A DNA stretch of 48,112 bases, from assembly GCA_045649285.1 (NCBI GenBank), contig JAZRPP010000014.1:1-48112 (forward strand), read 5' to 3'. This DNA is from Candidatus Nanosyncoccus sp. Lineage in GTDB: Bacteria; Patescibacteriota; Saccharimonadia; Saccharimonadales; Saccharimonadaceae. Below are positions 35,899-45,398 of this stretch, piece by piece. The translations under genes were made by a program, and so were the position numbers. How positions within the stretch are numbered: position 1 is the stretch's first letter; each line of letters begins with the position of its first letter. Under the pieces are notes generated by a model. That model was not told the DNA's origin. It searched no databases and was given only the letters and a program-made list of their open reading frames with translations.

Positions 35899-37344
35899 AT
35901 GAGGAAAAGTTATATTGCGATCGATCTCAAATCTTTTTATGCGTCGGTGGAATGTGTGGAGCGGGGTTTAAATCCGCTGACTACCAATCTTGTAGTAGCG
36001 GACCTAGAACGGACGGAAAAAACAATTTGCCTTGCGGTGTCGCCTGCGCTCAAAGCATACGGCATTTCAGGAAGAGCACGACTTTATGAAGTGGTACAAA
36101 AAGTACGAGAAATTAATCGAGAGCGAGAGCGAAGATATGGCAAGAAACTGACAGGTAAATCAACGGATGCTATAGAGTTAAAAAATAATCCGGCATTAGC
36201 ACTTGATTATATCGTGGCGGTACCACGAATGGCTTTTTATATTAGTTATAGTGCGTGGATTTATAATATTTATCTAAAATATATCGCGGAAGAAGATATG
36301 CATGTTTATTCGATTGACGAAGTTTTTATAGATGCGACCCCGTATCTTAAAAACTATGGTCTGACTGCGCGGGAACTAGCGATAAAGATTATTAAAAATG
36401 TTTTGAAAGAGACTGAGATTACGGCGACAGCGGGAATTGGGACGAATATGTATCTTGCTAAGGTGGCGATGGATATCGTAGCAAAGCACGTGGAGCCAGA
36501 TAAAGATGGTGTGAGAATAGCTGAGCTAGACGAAATGAGCTACCGGAAGAAGCTGTGGACGCATAGACCTTTGACGGATTTTTGGCGCGTGGGGCGAGGC
36601 TACGCGAAGAGACTGGAGGCGGTCGGCATTTACACGATGGGTGATGTGGCACTTTGCTCAGAGAAAGACGAGGATTATTTGTACAAAATGTTTGGAGTGA
36701 ATGCTGAACTACTGATAGATCATGCCTGGGGCTGGGAACCTTGTGAGATTTCTGATGTGCGAGAATATCGACCGAAGAGTAATTCCCTTTCGTCGGGACA
36801 AGTCTTGAAGGAGCCGTATCCTTATGGCAAGGCTCTAGTAGTGGCGATGGAAATGGCGGATGATATGGGTTTACATTTACTACAAAATGGGCTAGTGACG
36901 GATCAGATTGTGCTGACTGTGGGATATGATGTGGCAAATATGAAAAAGGAATACAGAGGCGCAGTAAAAGCGGATTTTTATGGAAGAGCGGTGCCTAGGC
37001 ATGCACATGGGACTTTTAATCTAAACGAATACAGCAATTCATCACGGGAGGTTCGCGCAGTGGTGAAGAAATTATTTGAGAAAACTGTGGAGCCAGAGCT
37101 CCTAATTAGGCGGATAACGATTAATATAAATCATGTAAAAACCGAAAAGGATGCGAAGAAGGAATTAAAACAGCTTGGATTTTTTGATGAGATAAAAGAT
37201 AGTGAGAAAGAAAAACGCACTGATGAAGCTATACTTGCAATTAAAGAGCGCTATGGAAAAAATGCGATTCTTACTGGGATAAATTTTGAAGATGGGGCGA
37301 CGGGGCGAGAAAGAAATGCGCAAATTGGAGGGCACCGAAAATGA
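35899..37344 (+). CDS. Y-family DNA polymerase (UmuC/ImpB/DinB-like)
   Basis: IDLKSFYASVEC, YSIDEVF, AGIG.N.YLAK.A.D, C-terminal QIGGH; start placed by TATAAT-N6-ATG. Confidence 0.92.
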   Translation: MRKSYIAIDLKSFYASVECVERGLNPLTTNLVVADLERTEKTICLAVSPALKAYGISGRARLYEVVQKVREINRERERRYGKKLTGKSTDAIELKNNPALALDYIVAVPRMAFYISYSAWIYNIYLKYIAEEDMHVYSIDEVFIDATPYLKNYGLTARELAIKIIKNVLKETEITATAGIGTNMYLAKVAMDIVAKHVEPDKDGVRIAELDEMSYRKKLWTHRPLTDFWRVGRGYAKRLEAVGIYTMGDVALCSEKDEDYLYKMFGVNAELLIDHAWGWEPCEISDVREYRPKSNSLSSGQVLKEPYPYGKALVVAMEMADDMGLHLLQNGLVTDQIVLTVGYDVANMKKEYRGAVKADFYGRAVPRHAHGTFNLNEYSNSSREVRAVVKKLFEKTVEPELLIRRITININHVKTEKDAKKELKQLGFFDEIKDSEKEKRTDEAILAIKERYGKNAILTGINFEDGATGRERNAQIGGHRK

Positions 37345-37541
37345 AATACGACGAGATAATTAATCACCCACATTATGAGCCCAAAAGGCATCCGAGGATG
37401 TCTAAGGAAATGAGAGCGGGACAGTTTGCGCCGTTTGCCGCTCTAGCTGGGCACGCGGGGGCGGTGCGTCGCACAGCAAAGTTTGCAGAGTTACGCTCTC
37501 GGAGAGTGATTGAGGCTAATCTGGACGATGAAAGATTTTAA
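37341..37541 (+). CDS. Short YolD-like partner protein
   Basis: YD.II..PH.....HPRM....RA.QFAPFAAL; start overlaps the polymerase stop. Confidence 0.75.
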   Translation: MKYDEIINHPHYEPKRHPRMSKEMRAGQFAPFAALAGHAGAVRRTAKFAELRSRRVIEANLDDERF

Positions 37542-37544
37542 TTG

Positions 37545-39104
37545 CTATTCATCTTCGTCTTCGTCGCCCCAGTCGCTCCAGTCGTCGTCATCTTCCCATT
37601 CTTCTTCGGCGTCGTCGATGTAGAGGTCGTCGTCATCGGCGCCCCAATCATCATAATCGTCGTCATCTTCGATGGTCCAGTCAATGTCTGTGTCTGTATC
37701 TATGTCTGTATCTGTATCTGTATCGACGTCGATGATATCATCGTCGCTGCCAGAGGTGAGACTTTCCGTGTATATAGTCTGGAAAGTCTGGATGGCTTTT
37801 TTGATTATCTTGACGATTGATTTGGGTTTTTCTGGGGCGGAAATGTTTAGGTCGGCTGGGTAGTTGAAGTTAGTATACATATCGTAATCGGTCTGGGGCT
37901 CGGAGTAAGCGGAAACACAATCTACGACGTCATCGTATTCGTCATTTGTACTACTGCAGTCTACCTCTGTAGTCTGATTTGTAGGCTCTGGTTCGGTTTC
38001 TTTGGAACTGAGATAAATGCCTCTCAGCTCATGGTTCCAGCCTTTGATAGAAAGAACAATCTCTGGGAGATTATCAATGACCCCCTCGACGTCTTCCCTT
38101 TCGATGTCGCTGCTGGTCTCGACCTTTGTGGTTTCGTCAAAGCAGGCGGCGATACCGTCGGCATCGATGATGTTTCTGGCGCCGTTTAGGAAGTTGGTCA
38201 TTTTTTCGGCGTCAAAAGAGACTTTGTAGAGGTCGCCGGAATTTGCAAAATTGCCAATATCTAGGCCACTCTTAGTGGCGGTGGAGACATCGTATTTTTC
38301 GGCTGAGACGAAGCTGTTTTCGCTGTATAGCTTGCCGTATTGATCTTTGTTGTTCTCGGCGTCTTTGATTTTGCCGAGGACACAATTGTAGGTTTTGGTG
38401 TATTTGGTTTTGGTCTCTGTGGGGATCATACCTTCAAAGCCGTCCATGATTTCGCTGATGGAGACTTTCCACCAGTTGCCATCGATTTCGCCGATGAGGT
38501 CGCCGAAGTAGGTCTCGACTTCTGGGTAATAATCGAGGTCGTTGTTTTTAGACATTTGTTCTAAAGTACTTTTGAGATTTGTAATCTTGAGATAGAGGAC
38601 ACCGTCTTCGGTAAAAGTCTCGTCGATGGTGGTGGAATAGGATTTTTTGTCTTTGAAATTCATGGTGGCGGTGACCTCGGCGGTATTGGCAATACCAGAG
38701 GTGGCGCCGGAGAAATCTAGGTCGATGGACTCTATTTGTGAGTATTCGTCGTCGCTTTTGATCCTGTATTTGCCGGAAAGCTCGATGTTTTTGGCGGTGA
38801 GAAAGCCAGAAACGGCGTCAAAAACGACTTTTTCGGGGAGATTATGGATAATTGCAAAGGCTACACCAGAGATAATAAGGGCTAGCGCAACCGTGCAACT
38901 GGTGATAATAGCGATGAGTTTTTTCTTGTTTTTGGGCTTAACGGGCTTAGGAAGCTCTGTGGGGGCTTCTGGGGCGGGAGTAGGGTTAGACGGCTCTGTG
39001 GGGGCTTCTGGGGCGCTAGCAGGCGCTAGCGGGGCTGGATTATCTGGGGCTACAGGGGTAGGCGCTGGGACTACAGGGGTAGCCTCTGGTTGTTGATTTT
39101 GCAT
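37545..39104 (-). CDS. Single-TM exported protein with Pro-rich N-terminus and acidic tail
   Basis: PAPEAPTE repeats, KKK-TM, D/E-rich C-terminus; AGGAGG RBS. Confidence 0.8.
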   Translation of the reverse strand: MQNQQPEATPVVPAPTPVAPDNPAPLAPASAPEAPTEPSNPTPAPEAPTELPKPVKPKNKKKLIAIITSCTVALALIISGVAFAIIHNLPEKVVFDAVSGFLTAKNIELSGKYRIKSDDEYSQIESIDLDFSGATSGIANTAEVTATMNFKDKKSYSTTIDETFTEDGVLYLKITNLKSTLEQMSKNNDLDYYPEVETYFGDLIGEIDGNWWKVSISEIMDGFEGMIPTETKTKYTKTYNCVLGKIKDAENNKDQYGKLYSENSFVSAEKYDVSTATKSGLDIGNFANSGDLYKVSFDAEKMTNFLNGARNIIDADGIAACFDETTKVETSSDIEREDVEGVIDNLPEIVLSIKGWNHELRGIYLSSKETEPEPTNQTTEVDCSSTNDEYDDVVDCVSAYSEPQTDYDMYTNFNYPADLNISAPEKPKSIVKIIKKAIQTFQTIYTESLTSGSDDDIIDVDTDTDTDIDTDTDIDWTIEDDDDYDDWGADDDDLYIDDAEEEWEDDDDWSDWGDEDEDE

Positions 39105-39146
39105 TTTTCCTCCTATATATTATATATAATAACATAAGAAGGATTT

Positions 39147-40853
39147 TTAATCTAGTTTGCCTTTTTTTATTCTTGGTTTGATTTCTAAGACAAAGGGGGA
39201 GATGTTTTTGGCATCTGAGATGATAACAGTACGGTCCTTGGCGCGGGTGATGGCGACGTAAAAGAGGCGGCGCTCCTCGGCGTAGGGGTAGGCATCGGGC
39301 CTACTTAGCATGGTAGACATTAGGAGATTATCGCCGCGGGTGGCGGGGATGCCGTGGCTGCCGGAGTTGGCATTAATAAAGAAAACGATGTCTCTGGTGA
39401 TGCCTTTGGCTTTGTGGAGAGAGCAGAAGGGGAGTTTGAGGGTGAGAGCGGTGGTGAGGGCGGGACTGATTTTGGAGGCGGCTTGGTGGGTTTTATGTTT
39501 TTTGCGAGGGGGGTTGAGGTTGATGCGCCAGTAAAGAGTAGAGGTCTCGGGGTCGTATTTGGCATTTTGGTATTGGTTGGTGGCTGGCTGGACTAGGCGG
39601 TAAATATCGCGGTTGTAGCGGGAGATGATTTGGAGAGATTTATCCTTTAGTTCTCCGCCGAATTCGTGGTAGAGGTCGTTTAATTCTTTGTTTATGGTCT
39701 CGTAGTCGGGTGGGGTTTGCTTCTTGGTTTTGTTGGCTGGGGGGTTGAGACGTACGATAATTGGAGTGTAATGGCGAATAGCGGGGCGGACGCGTTTTTT
39801 GGACTGGCGGGGATTTTTGATGATAAATTTGTTGGAAATTTTGGCAGTGGGCTGGCCAAAGCGGTAGGTGTATTCTATACAGCCGCGGTAAGTTGTACGT
39901 TTGAATGTTTTCTCAAAACCATCGAGGACGCCGAGGTTGCTACCGGCGAAGCGATAGATGGACTGCCAGTCGTCGCCGACAGCAAAAAGTCTGGCTTTGT
40001 CACATTTGTCTAGGAGCGCCTTTAGGAGCTCGCATTTGCTCTCGGAGAGATCCTGAGCTTCGTCGACGAGGATATATTGATAGTTATAGGAGTTTGCTGG
40101 TTTGTTTTTGATGATTTCGGTGGAGAGATTGAGCATGTCGGCGAAGTCGTAGAGGTGGTGGGATTTGAGGTGGTGAGTGTAAGCTTGGTAAATGGGGGCG
40201 TAGAGATTTAAGAGGCTAAGGGAGTTTTGTTTTTCTTTGGAATCTGGGAGCTGAGCGAGGCGGGTTTGCAAATCTTTTAGATTTAGACGTTTGGATTTTT
40301 GGAGATCAAGGATGGAGATAATGAGGAGCTCAAAGGCCTCGGGATCGGTGGCGGTGTGGGTCTCTATGAAAGTGGTGGTGGACTCGGAGAGGTCGCCTGC
40401 TAGATAAGTTTCGTATGCTTCTTTATATTTTGGGTTTTTGGTGGTGAGGGTTTGGATGATTTGGTGGATGAGGCTTCTTTCGGTATCTTCGTCGATGAGG
40501 GTGGTGTCTTTATATTCGCTTGCGATGATTTTGTTACCAAAGGAGTGGAAGGTGCGTATCTCGACATCTTTGTTCTTAATACGGTCGTTTAATTCGGCGA
40601 CGACTTTGCGGGTGAAGGCGATAAGGAGGATGTTTTCTGGTTTGATTTTATGATGCGTGATGAGATACTCTACCTTGGCGAGGAGCGTGGCGGTCTTGCC
40701 GGAGCCGGCGGGGGCGAGGATGAGGTTGGCGTCTTCGTTTGCTAGGACGGCGGCGGTCTGGCCGGGATCTAGGTGAAAGCCATCTATGGTCATAGTCTGG
40801 GGCTTTTGCCGGAAAAGCTTTTTGATAGGTTTGGCGAGAAAATTAATCTTCAT
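39147..40853 (-). CDS. UvrD-family (helicase IV-like) SF1 helicase
   Basis: APAGSGKT, LVDEAQD, VGDDWQSIYRF.G, H.AKG, EERRLFYVAITRAK; likely start MKINF at 40853. Confidence 0.9.
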   Translation of the reverse strand: MKINFLAKPIKKLFRQKPQTMTIDGFHLDPGQTAAVLANEDANLILAPAGSGKTATLLAKVEYLITHHKIKPENILLIAFTRKVVAELNDRIKNKDVEIRTFHSFGNKIIASEYKDTTLIDEDTERSLIHQIIQTLTTKNPKYKEAYETYLAGDLSESTTTFIETHTATDPEAFELLIISILDLQKSKRLNLKDLQTRLAQLPDSKEKQNSLSLLNLYAPIYQAYTHHLKSHHLYDFADMLNLSTEIIKNKPANSYNYQYILVDEAQDLSESKCELLKALLDKCDKARLFAVGDDWQSIYRFAGSNLGVLDGFEKTFKRTTYRGCIEYTYRFGQPTAKISNKFIIKNPRQSKKRVRPAIRHYTPIIVRLNPPANKTKKQTPPDYETINKELNDLYHEFGGELKDKSLQIISRYNRDIYRLVQPATNQYQNAKYDPETSTLYWRINLNPPRKKHKTHQAASKISPALTTALTLKLPFCSLHKAKGITRDIVFFINANSGSHGIPATRGDNLLMSTMLSRPDAYPYAEERRLFYVAITRAKDRTVIISDAKNISPFVLEIKPRIKKGKLD

Positions 40854-40891
40854 ACGGCTATAAGTAGCACGACTAATTCCCTTTTGCAAGG

Positions 40892-40952
40892 CCCCACCCG
40901 AGCATAAGAGTTTTGGGGTTGCGACATAAGAGTTTTGGTTATAAACATAAGA
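40892..40952. promoter_or_regulatory. Phased direct repeats CATAAGAGTTTT x3 (spacing 22/21)
   Basis: CCCCACCCGAG then copies at 40903, 40925 and 40946 (last one partial). Confidence 0.7.
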
Positions 40953-41066
40953 ATCGCTAAACTCTCGAGGTCTCCAATATAAAAATAATAAACCTTCTGT
41001 TCGCTTGCAGAGGTGAAAAAATGTCATCTTGATTTTTTGGAGAAAGTAGTATATAATGTAGACAGT

Positions 41067-41143
41067 GGATTCGTAGCTCAGTTGGTTAGAGCGCTGCCCT
41101 GTCACGGCAGAGGTCGCGAGTTCGAGTCTCGTCGGATCCGCCA
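41067..41143 (+). tRNA. tRNA-Asp(GTC)
   Basis: GGATTCGTAGCTCAG...CTGCC-CTGTCAC-GGCAG...AGTTCGAGTCT...CGCCA. Confidence 0.95.
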
Positions 41144-41415
41144 CTTTAAGAGATGCTAGTGCGTCCTTTTTTTGTGGCGTCTCGAGGCGTCAAAAATAAT
41201 AAACCTTTGGCGCCCCGATCATATAACTGGCCATCATAGCAAAAAGTACTAGCGGAGATGTCGTCTGTGTCTAGGAAGGTGGCAGTATTACTGGTGTAAC
41301 ATAGTTTTTGGCGTTTTGACAAAAACAAAGATCTTTTTGAAATCTAAACACTAGCATTTTACTTTTCTTCCCTGAAGATGTATAATTATACCATAATTAT
41401 ATTAGAGTGTAAAAT

Positions 41416-43497
41416 ATGGGCAAGTTTATTGTAAAATATCGTAAATTGATTCTAATGCTGGCGGGGATTTTGATTGTACCAGCTCTGATCGGATTCTTTA
41501 ATACCAGGGTGAATTATGATATGTTGAATTATTTGCCGGATAGTATGGATACCGTGCAGGGGCAGAATGAGCTGATGGAGGAGTTTGGCAAGGGGGCGTT
41601 CTCTATTATTATTACGAAAAATCTGGATGGGGATACTATATATAATATACAATCCGAGATAAAAAAGGTGGAACATGTAGATACAGTGGTGGGGGCGGGG
41701 ACACTAGCGGAGACGGGGGTGCCGCTAGAAATGTTGCCGGATAGTGTCTATCAGACTATACATAAGGGGGATGAAGATATAATTGCGGTGTTCTTTGACA
41801 CTTCTACTTCGGCGGACGAGACGATGGCGGCGATCGAGGAGATCCGAGGGATCGTGAATGATAAGGGGTATGTGTCTGGGATGTCTGCGCTAATTACGGA
41901 TCTTCGTAATTTGAGTGAGAGTGAACAAATATTCTATGTGATTATTGCGGTGGTGCTGGCGATTATCCTGATGCTGGCTTTACTCGATAACTGGCTGGCG
42001 CCGCTACTGTTCCTCGTGAGTATCGGGGTGATGATATTGATTAACCTGGGGAGTAATTTGATCTTTGGGGAGATTTCGTATATTACGAAGGCGCTGTCTG
42101 CAATTTTGCAGCTGGCGGTGACGATGGATTATTCGATTTTCCTCTGGAATGCTTATCGTGAACATCTAGAGAAGGATAAAGGCGACTCTGAGCGGGCGAT
42201 GGAAGAGGCGATCAAGGATACGGTGGGGGCGGTGTTTGGGTCATCTGCAACTACTATCGCGGGATTTTTGGCGCTTTGTTTTATGACCTTTACGTTGGGG
42301 CTAGATCTCGGGATCGTGATGGCAAAGGGAGTGGTGCTAGGGGTGATCGGCTCGGTGACGATACTGCCGGCGCTGATTTTGACTTTTGACAAACAGCTGC
42401 AACGGCTGGATCATAAATCTATTTTGCCGTCGTTTGATAAATTGAGCCGAGTAATTGTAAAAATTTTCCCGGTGTTTGTGATTATCTTTGTGGCGATAAT
42501 CCCGCCGTTCTTTTATGGATATCAAAAGACTAATGATAGTGTGTACTACGAAATCTCTCGTTCCCTGCCGGCGGATATGGATTTTGCTATTGCTAATCGG
42601 AGGCTGTCGGAGGATTTTGGATTTTCGAATGTGCATATGGTGCTGACTAGCTCGGAAATCAGTCAGGCGGATGCGACGGAAATGACTGATAGGATAAAGC
42701 AGGTGGGTGGGGTGAAGTCGGTATTTAATCTGGAGAGTGTGATTGGGGATGAGGTGCCGGAGGAGATGCTGCCAGATTCGGTGGTAGGAGTGGTAAAATC
42801 TGACGAGCACGAGCTGATGCTGGTGGTCTCGGAGTACAAAAATGCGACAGACGAAATTGCCGGGCAGATTGAGGAGATAAATGGGATTATTAGAGAGTAT
42901 GATACTGGGGCGATACTGGTGGGCGAGTCTAGCCTGACGCAGGATATGATAGATACGACCTCGACGGATTTTCGGACGGTGAATATAATTTCTATTGTGG
43001 CGATATTTGTGATTATTTTGGTCGTGACGCGGAGTCTGTCGCTGCCGGTGATTTTGATTGCGGTGATCGAGTCGGCGATTTTTATTAATCTAGGTATACC
43101 AGCGTTTACGGGGACGGAGCTGCCGTTTATCGCGCCGATTTGTATTAGCACGATACAGCTAGGGGCGACGGTGGATTATGCAATTCTACTCACTACACGT
43201 TATAAGCGGGAGCGGACTACTGGAATGAGCTCGCGTGAGGCGGCGAGGATTGCGATAAAAACGTCGCTGCCTTCGATTATTGTGTCTGGGCTGGTACTGT
43301 TCGTGGCAACGATTGGAGTGGCGATATATTCGCGGGCGGAGCTGATTTCTTCCCTGACGCTATTAATTGCGCGTGGAGCGGTGATTAGTATAGTAATAGT
43401 GCCGACTATTCTACCAGCGCTGCTGATTTTGGCTGATCCGCTAGTGATTCGGACAACTTTAGGGATGAAAAAATTAACAAAGGAGAGCAAGAAATGA
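41416..43497 (+). CDS. MMPL/RND-family transporter
   Basis: Two repeats, with LQLAVTMDYSIFL and IQLGATVDYAIL; about 12 TM. Confidence 0.9.
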   Translation: MGKFIVKYRKLILMLAGILIVPALIGFFNTRVNYDMLNYLPDSMDTVQGQNELMEEFGKGAFSIIITKNLDGDTIYNIQSEIKKVEHVDTVVGAGTLAETGVPLEMLPDSVYQTIHKGDEDIIAVFFDTSTSADETMAAIEEIRGIVNDKGYVSGMSALITDLRNLSESEQIFYVIIAVVLAIILMLALLDNWLAPLLFLVSIGVMILINLGSNLIFGEISYITKALSAILQLAVTMDYSIFLWNAYREHLEKDKGDSERAMEEAIKDTVGAVFGSSATTIAGFLALCFMTFTLGLDLGIVMAKGVVLGVIGSVTILPALILTFDKQLQRLDHKSILPSFDKLSRVIVKIFPVFVIIFVAIIPPFFYGYQKTNDSVYYEISRSLPADMDFAIANRRLSEDFGFSNVHMVLTSSEISQADATEMTDRIKQVGGVKSVFNLESVIGDEVPEEMLPDSVVGVVKSDEHELMLVVSEYKNATDEIAGQIEEINGIIREYDTGAILVGESSLTQDMIDTTSTDFRTVNIISIVAIFVIILVVTRSLSLPVILIAVIESAIFINLGIPAFTGTELPFIAPICISTIQLGATVDYAILLTTRYKRERTTGMSSREAARIAIKTSLPSIIVSGLVLFVATIGVAIYSRAELISSLTLLIARGAVISIVIVPTILPALLILADPLVIRTTLGMKKLTKESKK

Positions 43498-45122
43498 AAA
43501 GAACAATGATTGTAACAACTGTGGTGGCGGCGGTGCTAAGCTGTGGGCTGATGGTGTATGGAGTGAATAATTCTGCGGCCGAAGGTGAGAGTGGTGGCGA
43601 CTTGGTGGCTACCAATACGGAGCTGGCGAATGAGGGGCTAAGCAAAGTAATTACTAAGGACGAAACGGTATATATTATTACTGATGCGGAAGGGGTGATG
43701 GAAAAATCTTTTGTCGAGGGGACTTTGAATACGAGTAGTGAAGCGATGCCGGTGGAGATGAAAGTCAAATATACTTTGGATGGTTCCGATATTTCGGCCG
43801 ACGAGCTGGCTGGAAAATCTGGACATGTAAAGATGACTTATGAGTTTGCCTCCACTAAATCTCACCAGGGCAAGCTAGTTCCATTCTTGACAGTGACGGG
43901 GATTAACTTGGACGGGGCTAAGTTTAATAATGTGAAAATTGATAATGGTAAAATTATCTCGGACGGAGACGGATATACGCTGGCGGGATATACGTTTGCG
44001 GGGCTAGGGGAGGATCTCGGGGTAGATGTATTCCAAAGTGAATTTACCGTAGAGGCGGAGGTGAAAGATTTTGCGCTGGAGAATACTTATACTCTGGCGA
44101 CGAATGAGATATTTGCGGAAGTCGATACTTCTAAACTCTATACGCTGGATAGTGTGACCGAAGCGATAGACGAGCTGGCGGCGGGGTTTGAAAAAATCGT
44201 GAATGGCTCGGCTAGTTTGAACGAGGGGCTAGATACGGCGCTCGCCGGAGCGCGGGAACTTTCGAGCGGAGCTGGGAAAGTTTCGGCGGGAGCGGAAAGT
44301 TTGAATGCGGGAGCGGCGAAGGTGGCTGGCGGGGCCAACGAGCTGGCGGCGGGGGTCACTACGATAAATAATGGAGCTAATGAGATTTCTGATAATGTGG
44401 CTGGGCTGAATGATGGGCTTAGTGAATTGTCTGGCAATAGTGCGGCGGTACAGCAAGGAGCGACGGAAGTGTTTAATAGTTTGATTGGCCAGACTAATGC
44501 GAAGATTAGTGGGAATGCTGCACTGGCAGGAATTATTGCTGGGTATAATATTCCTTTCCCGCTAACAATTACAAATTATGGTACTTCCCTTTCTACTTTG
44601 ATTGACTATGTGGCGGCGGAGAGTGAAGATACGACTGATCTCGTAGTGGCGAAGGCATCTCTAGATAGTTATAAGGATTTTTATGCTGGAGTAATGCAAT
44701 ATACGGGGACGGTGGATTATATTGCCGGGCTGACGCCAGATTTGGCGGCGGGGGCGCAGCAACTAGCGGCGGGGACTGGTAAGTTAAATACCACCGGAGC
44801 AAGCAAACTGGCGGCGGGGGCCGATGAAGTCTCTGCTGGGGCGGGGCAGCTGGCGACTGGGGCTGGAGAACTAAAAGCTGGGATGGATAAAATGACTGCT
44901 GGAATGGAGCAGCTAGCTACCGGTGGGAAGACACTTTATAATGGGCTAAATACTTTCAAAACTGAAGGAATTGACAGACTGGTGGATTTTGCAAATAATG
45001 ATCTAGATGGATTCCTAAACAAACTACGCGGAACGGTGGCCGCGGCAAAGAACTATCACCACTACTCGTCTAATTCGGCAAAGAGCGTGAAGTTTGTGTT
45101 TAAGACTGGGGCGGTGAAATAG
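43494..45122 (+). CDS. Exported YhgE/Pip-like protein with xxxLxxG heptad repeats
   Basis: KDETVY, ELAGKSG.V, GA.QLA.G repeats, SVKFVFKT; coupled to the MMPL gene. Confidence 0.8.
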   Translation: MKRTMIVTTVVAAVLSCGLMVYGVNNSAAEGESGGDLVATNTELANEGLSKVITKDETVYIITDAEGVMEKSFVEGTLNTSSEAMPVEMKVKYTLDGSDISADELAGKSGHVKMTYEFASTKSHQGKLVPFLTVTGINLDGAKFNNVKIDNGKIISDGDGYTLAGYTFAGLGEDLGVDVFQSEFTVEAEVKDFALENTYTLATNEIFAEVDTSKLYTLDSVTEAIDELAAGFEKIVNGSASLNEGLDTALAGARELSSGAGKVSAGAESLNAGAAKVAGGANELAAGVTTINNGANEISDNVAGLNDGLSELSGNSAAVQQGATEVFNSLIGQTNAKISGNAALAGIIAGYNIPFPLTITNYGTSLSTLIDYVAAESEDTTDLVVAKASLDSYKDFYAGVMQYTGTVDYIAGLTPDLAAGAQQLAAGTGKLNTTGASKLAAGADEVSAGAGQLATGAGELKAGMDKMTAGMEQLATGGKTLYNGLNTFKTEGIDRLVDFANNDLDGFLNKLRGTVAAAKNYHHYSSNSAKSVKFVFKTGAVK

Positions 45123-45134
45123 CTTAGGACGGCT

Positions 45135-45340
45135 CTAAACGATTTGCTCGGCGGTGGTGAGGATAGCCTCGGCGATGAACTTCTCTAGCGGGTCGGTGAT
45201 TCCGCGAGTTTGGGCTAGCTCGAGATATTTATTTTTGCCGATTCGCGGGGCTCGGATTTCTCATTGACCCAACTGTTTAGAGTGACAAAAGATATATCCA
45301 ATTTAGCTGCGAGGGCCTCTTGACTCCAAAGTTTGATCCT
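45135..45340 (-). pseudogene. Remnant: XRE-type HTH joined to a possible Fic-protein C-terminal fragment
   Basis: WSQEALAAKLDISFVTLNSWVNEKSEPR then, out of frame, KYLELAQTRGITDPLEKFIAEAIL..*. The Fic attribution is from recollection of HTH-Fic proteins; no catalytic motif remains. Confidence 0.55.
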
Positions 45341-45398
45341 GGAGGGGATTGCATTAGGAGAATAAAAAATATTGCCCTAAAGGGCATATTTTTTATTC

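Noticed and set aside
40854-41144. N-terminal extension of the helicase ORF
   Set aside because: Runs antisense through tRNA-Asp and the repeat array; the start at 40853 is more plausible.
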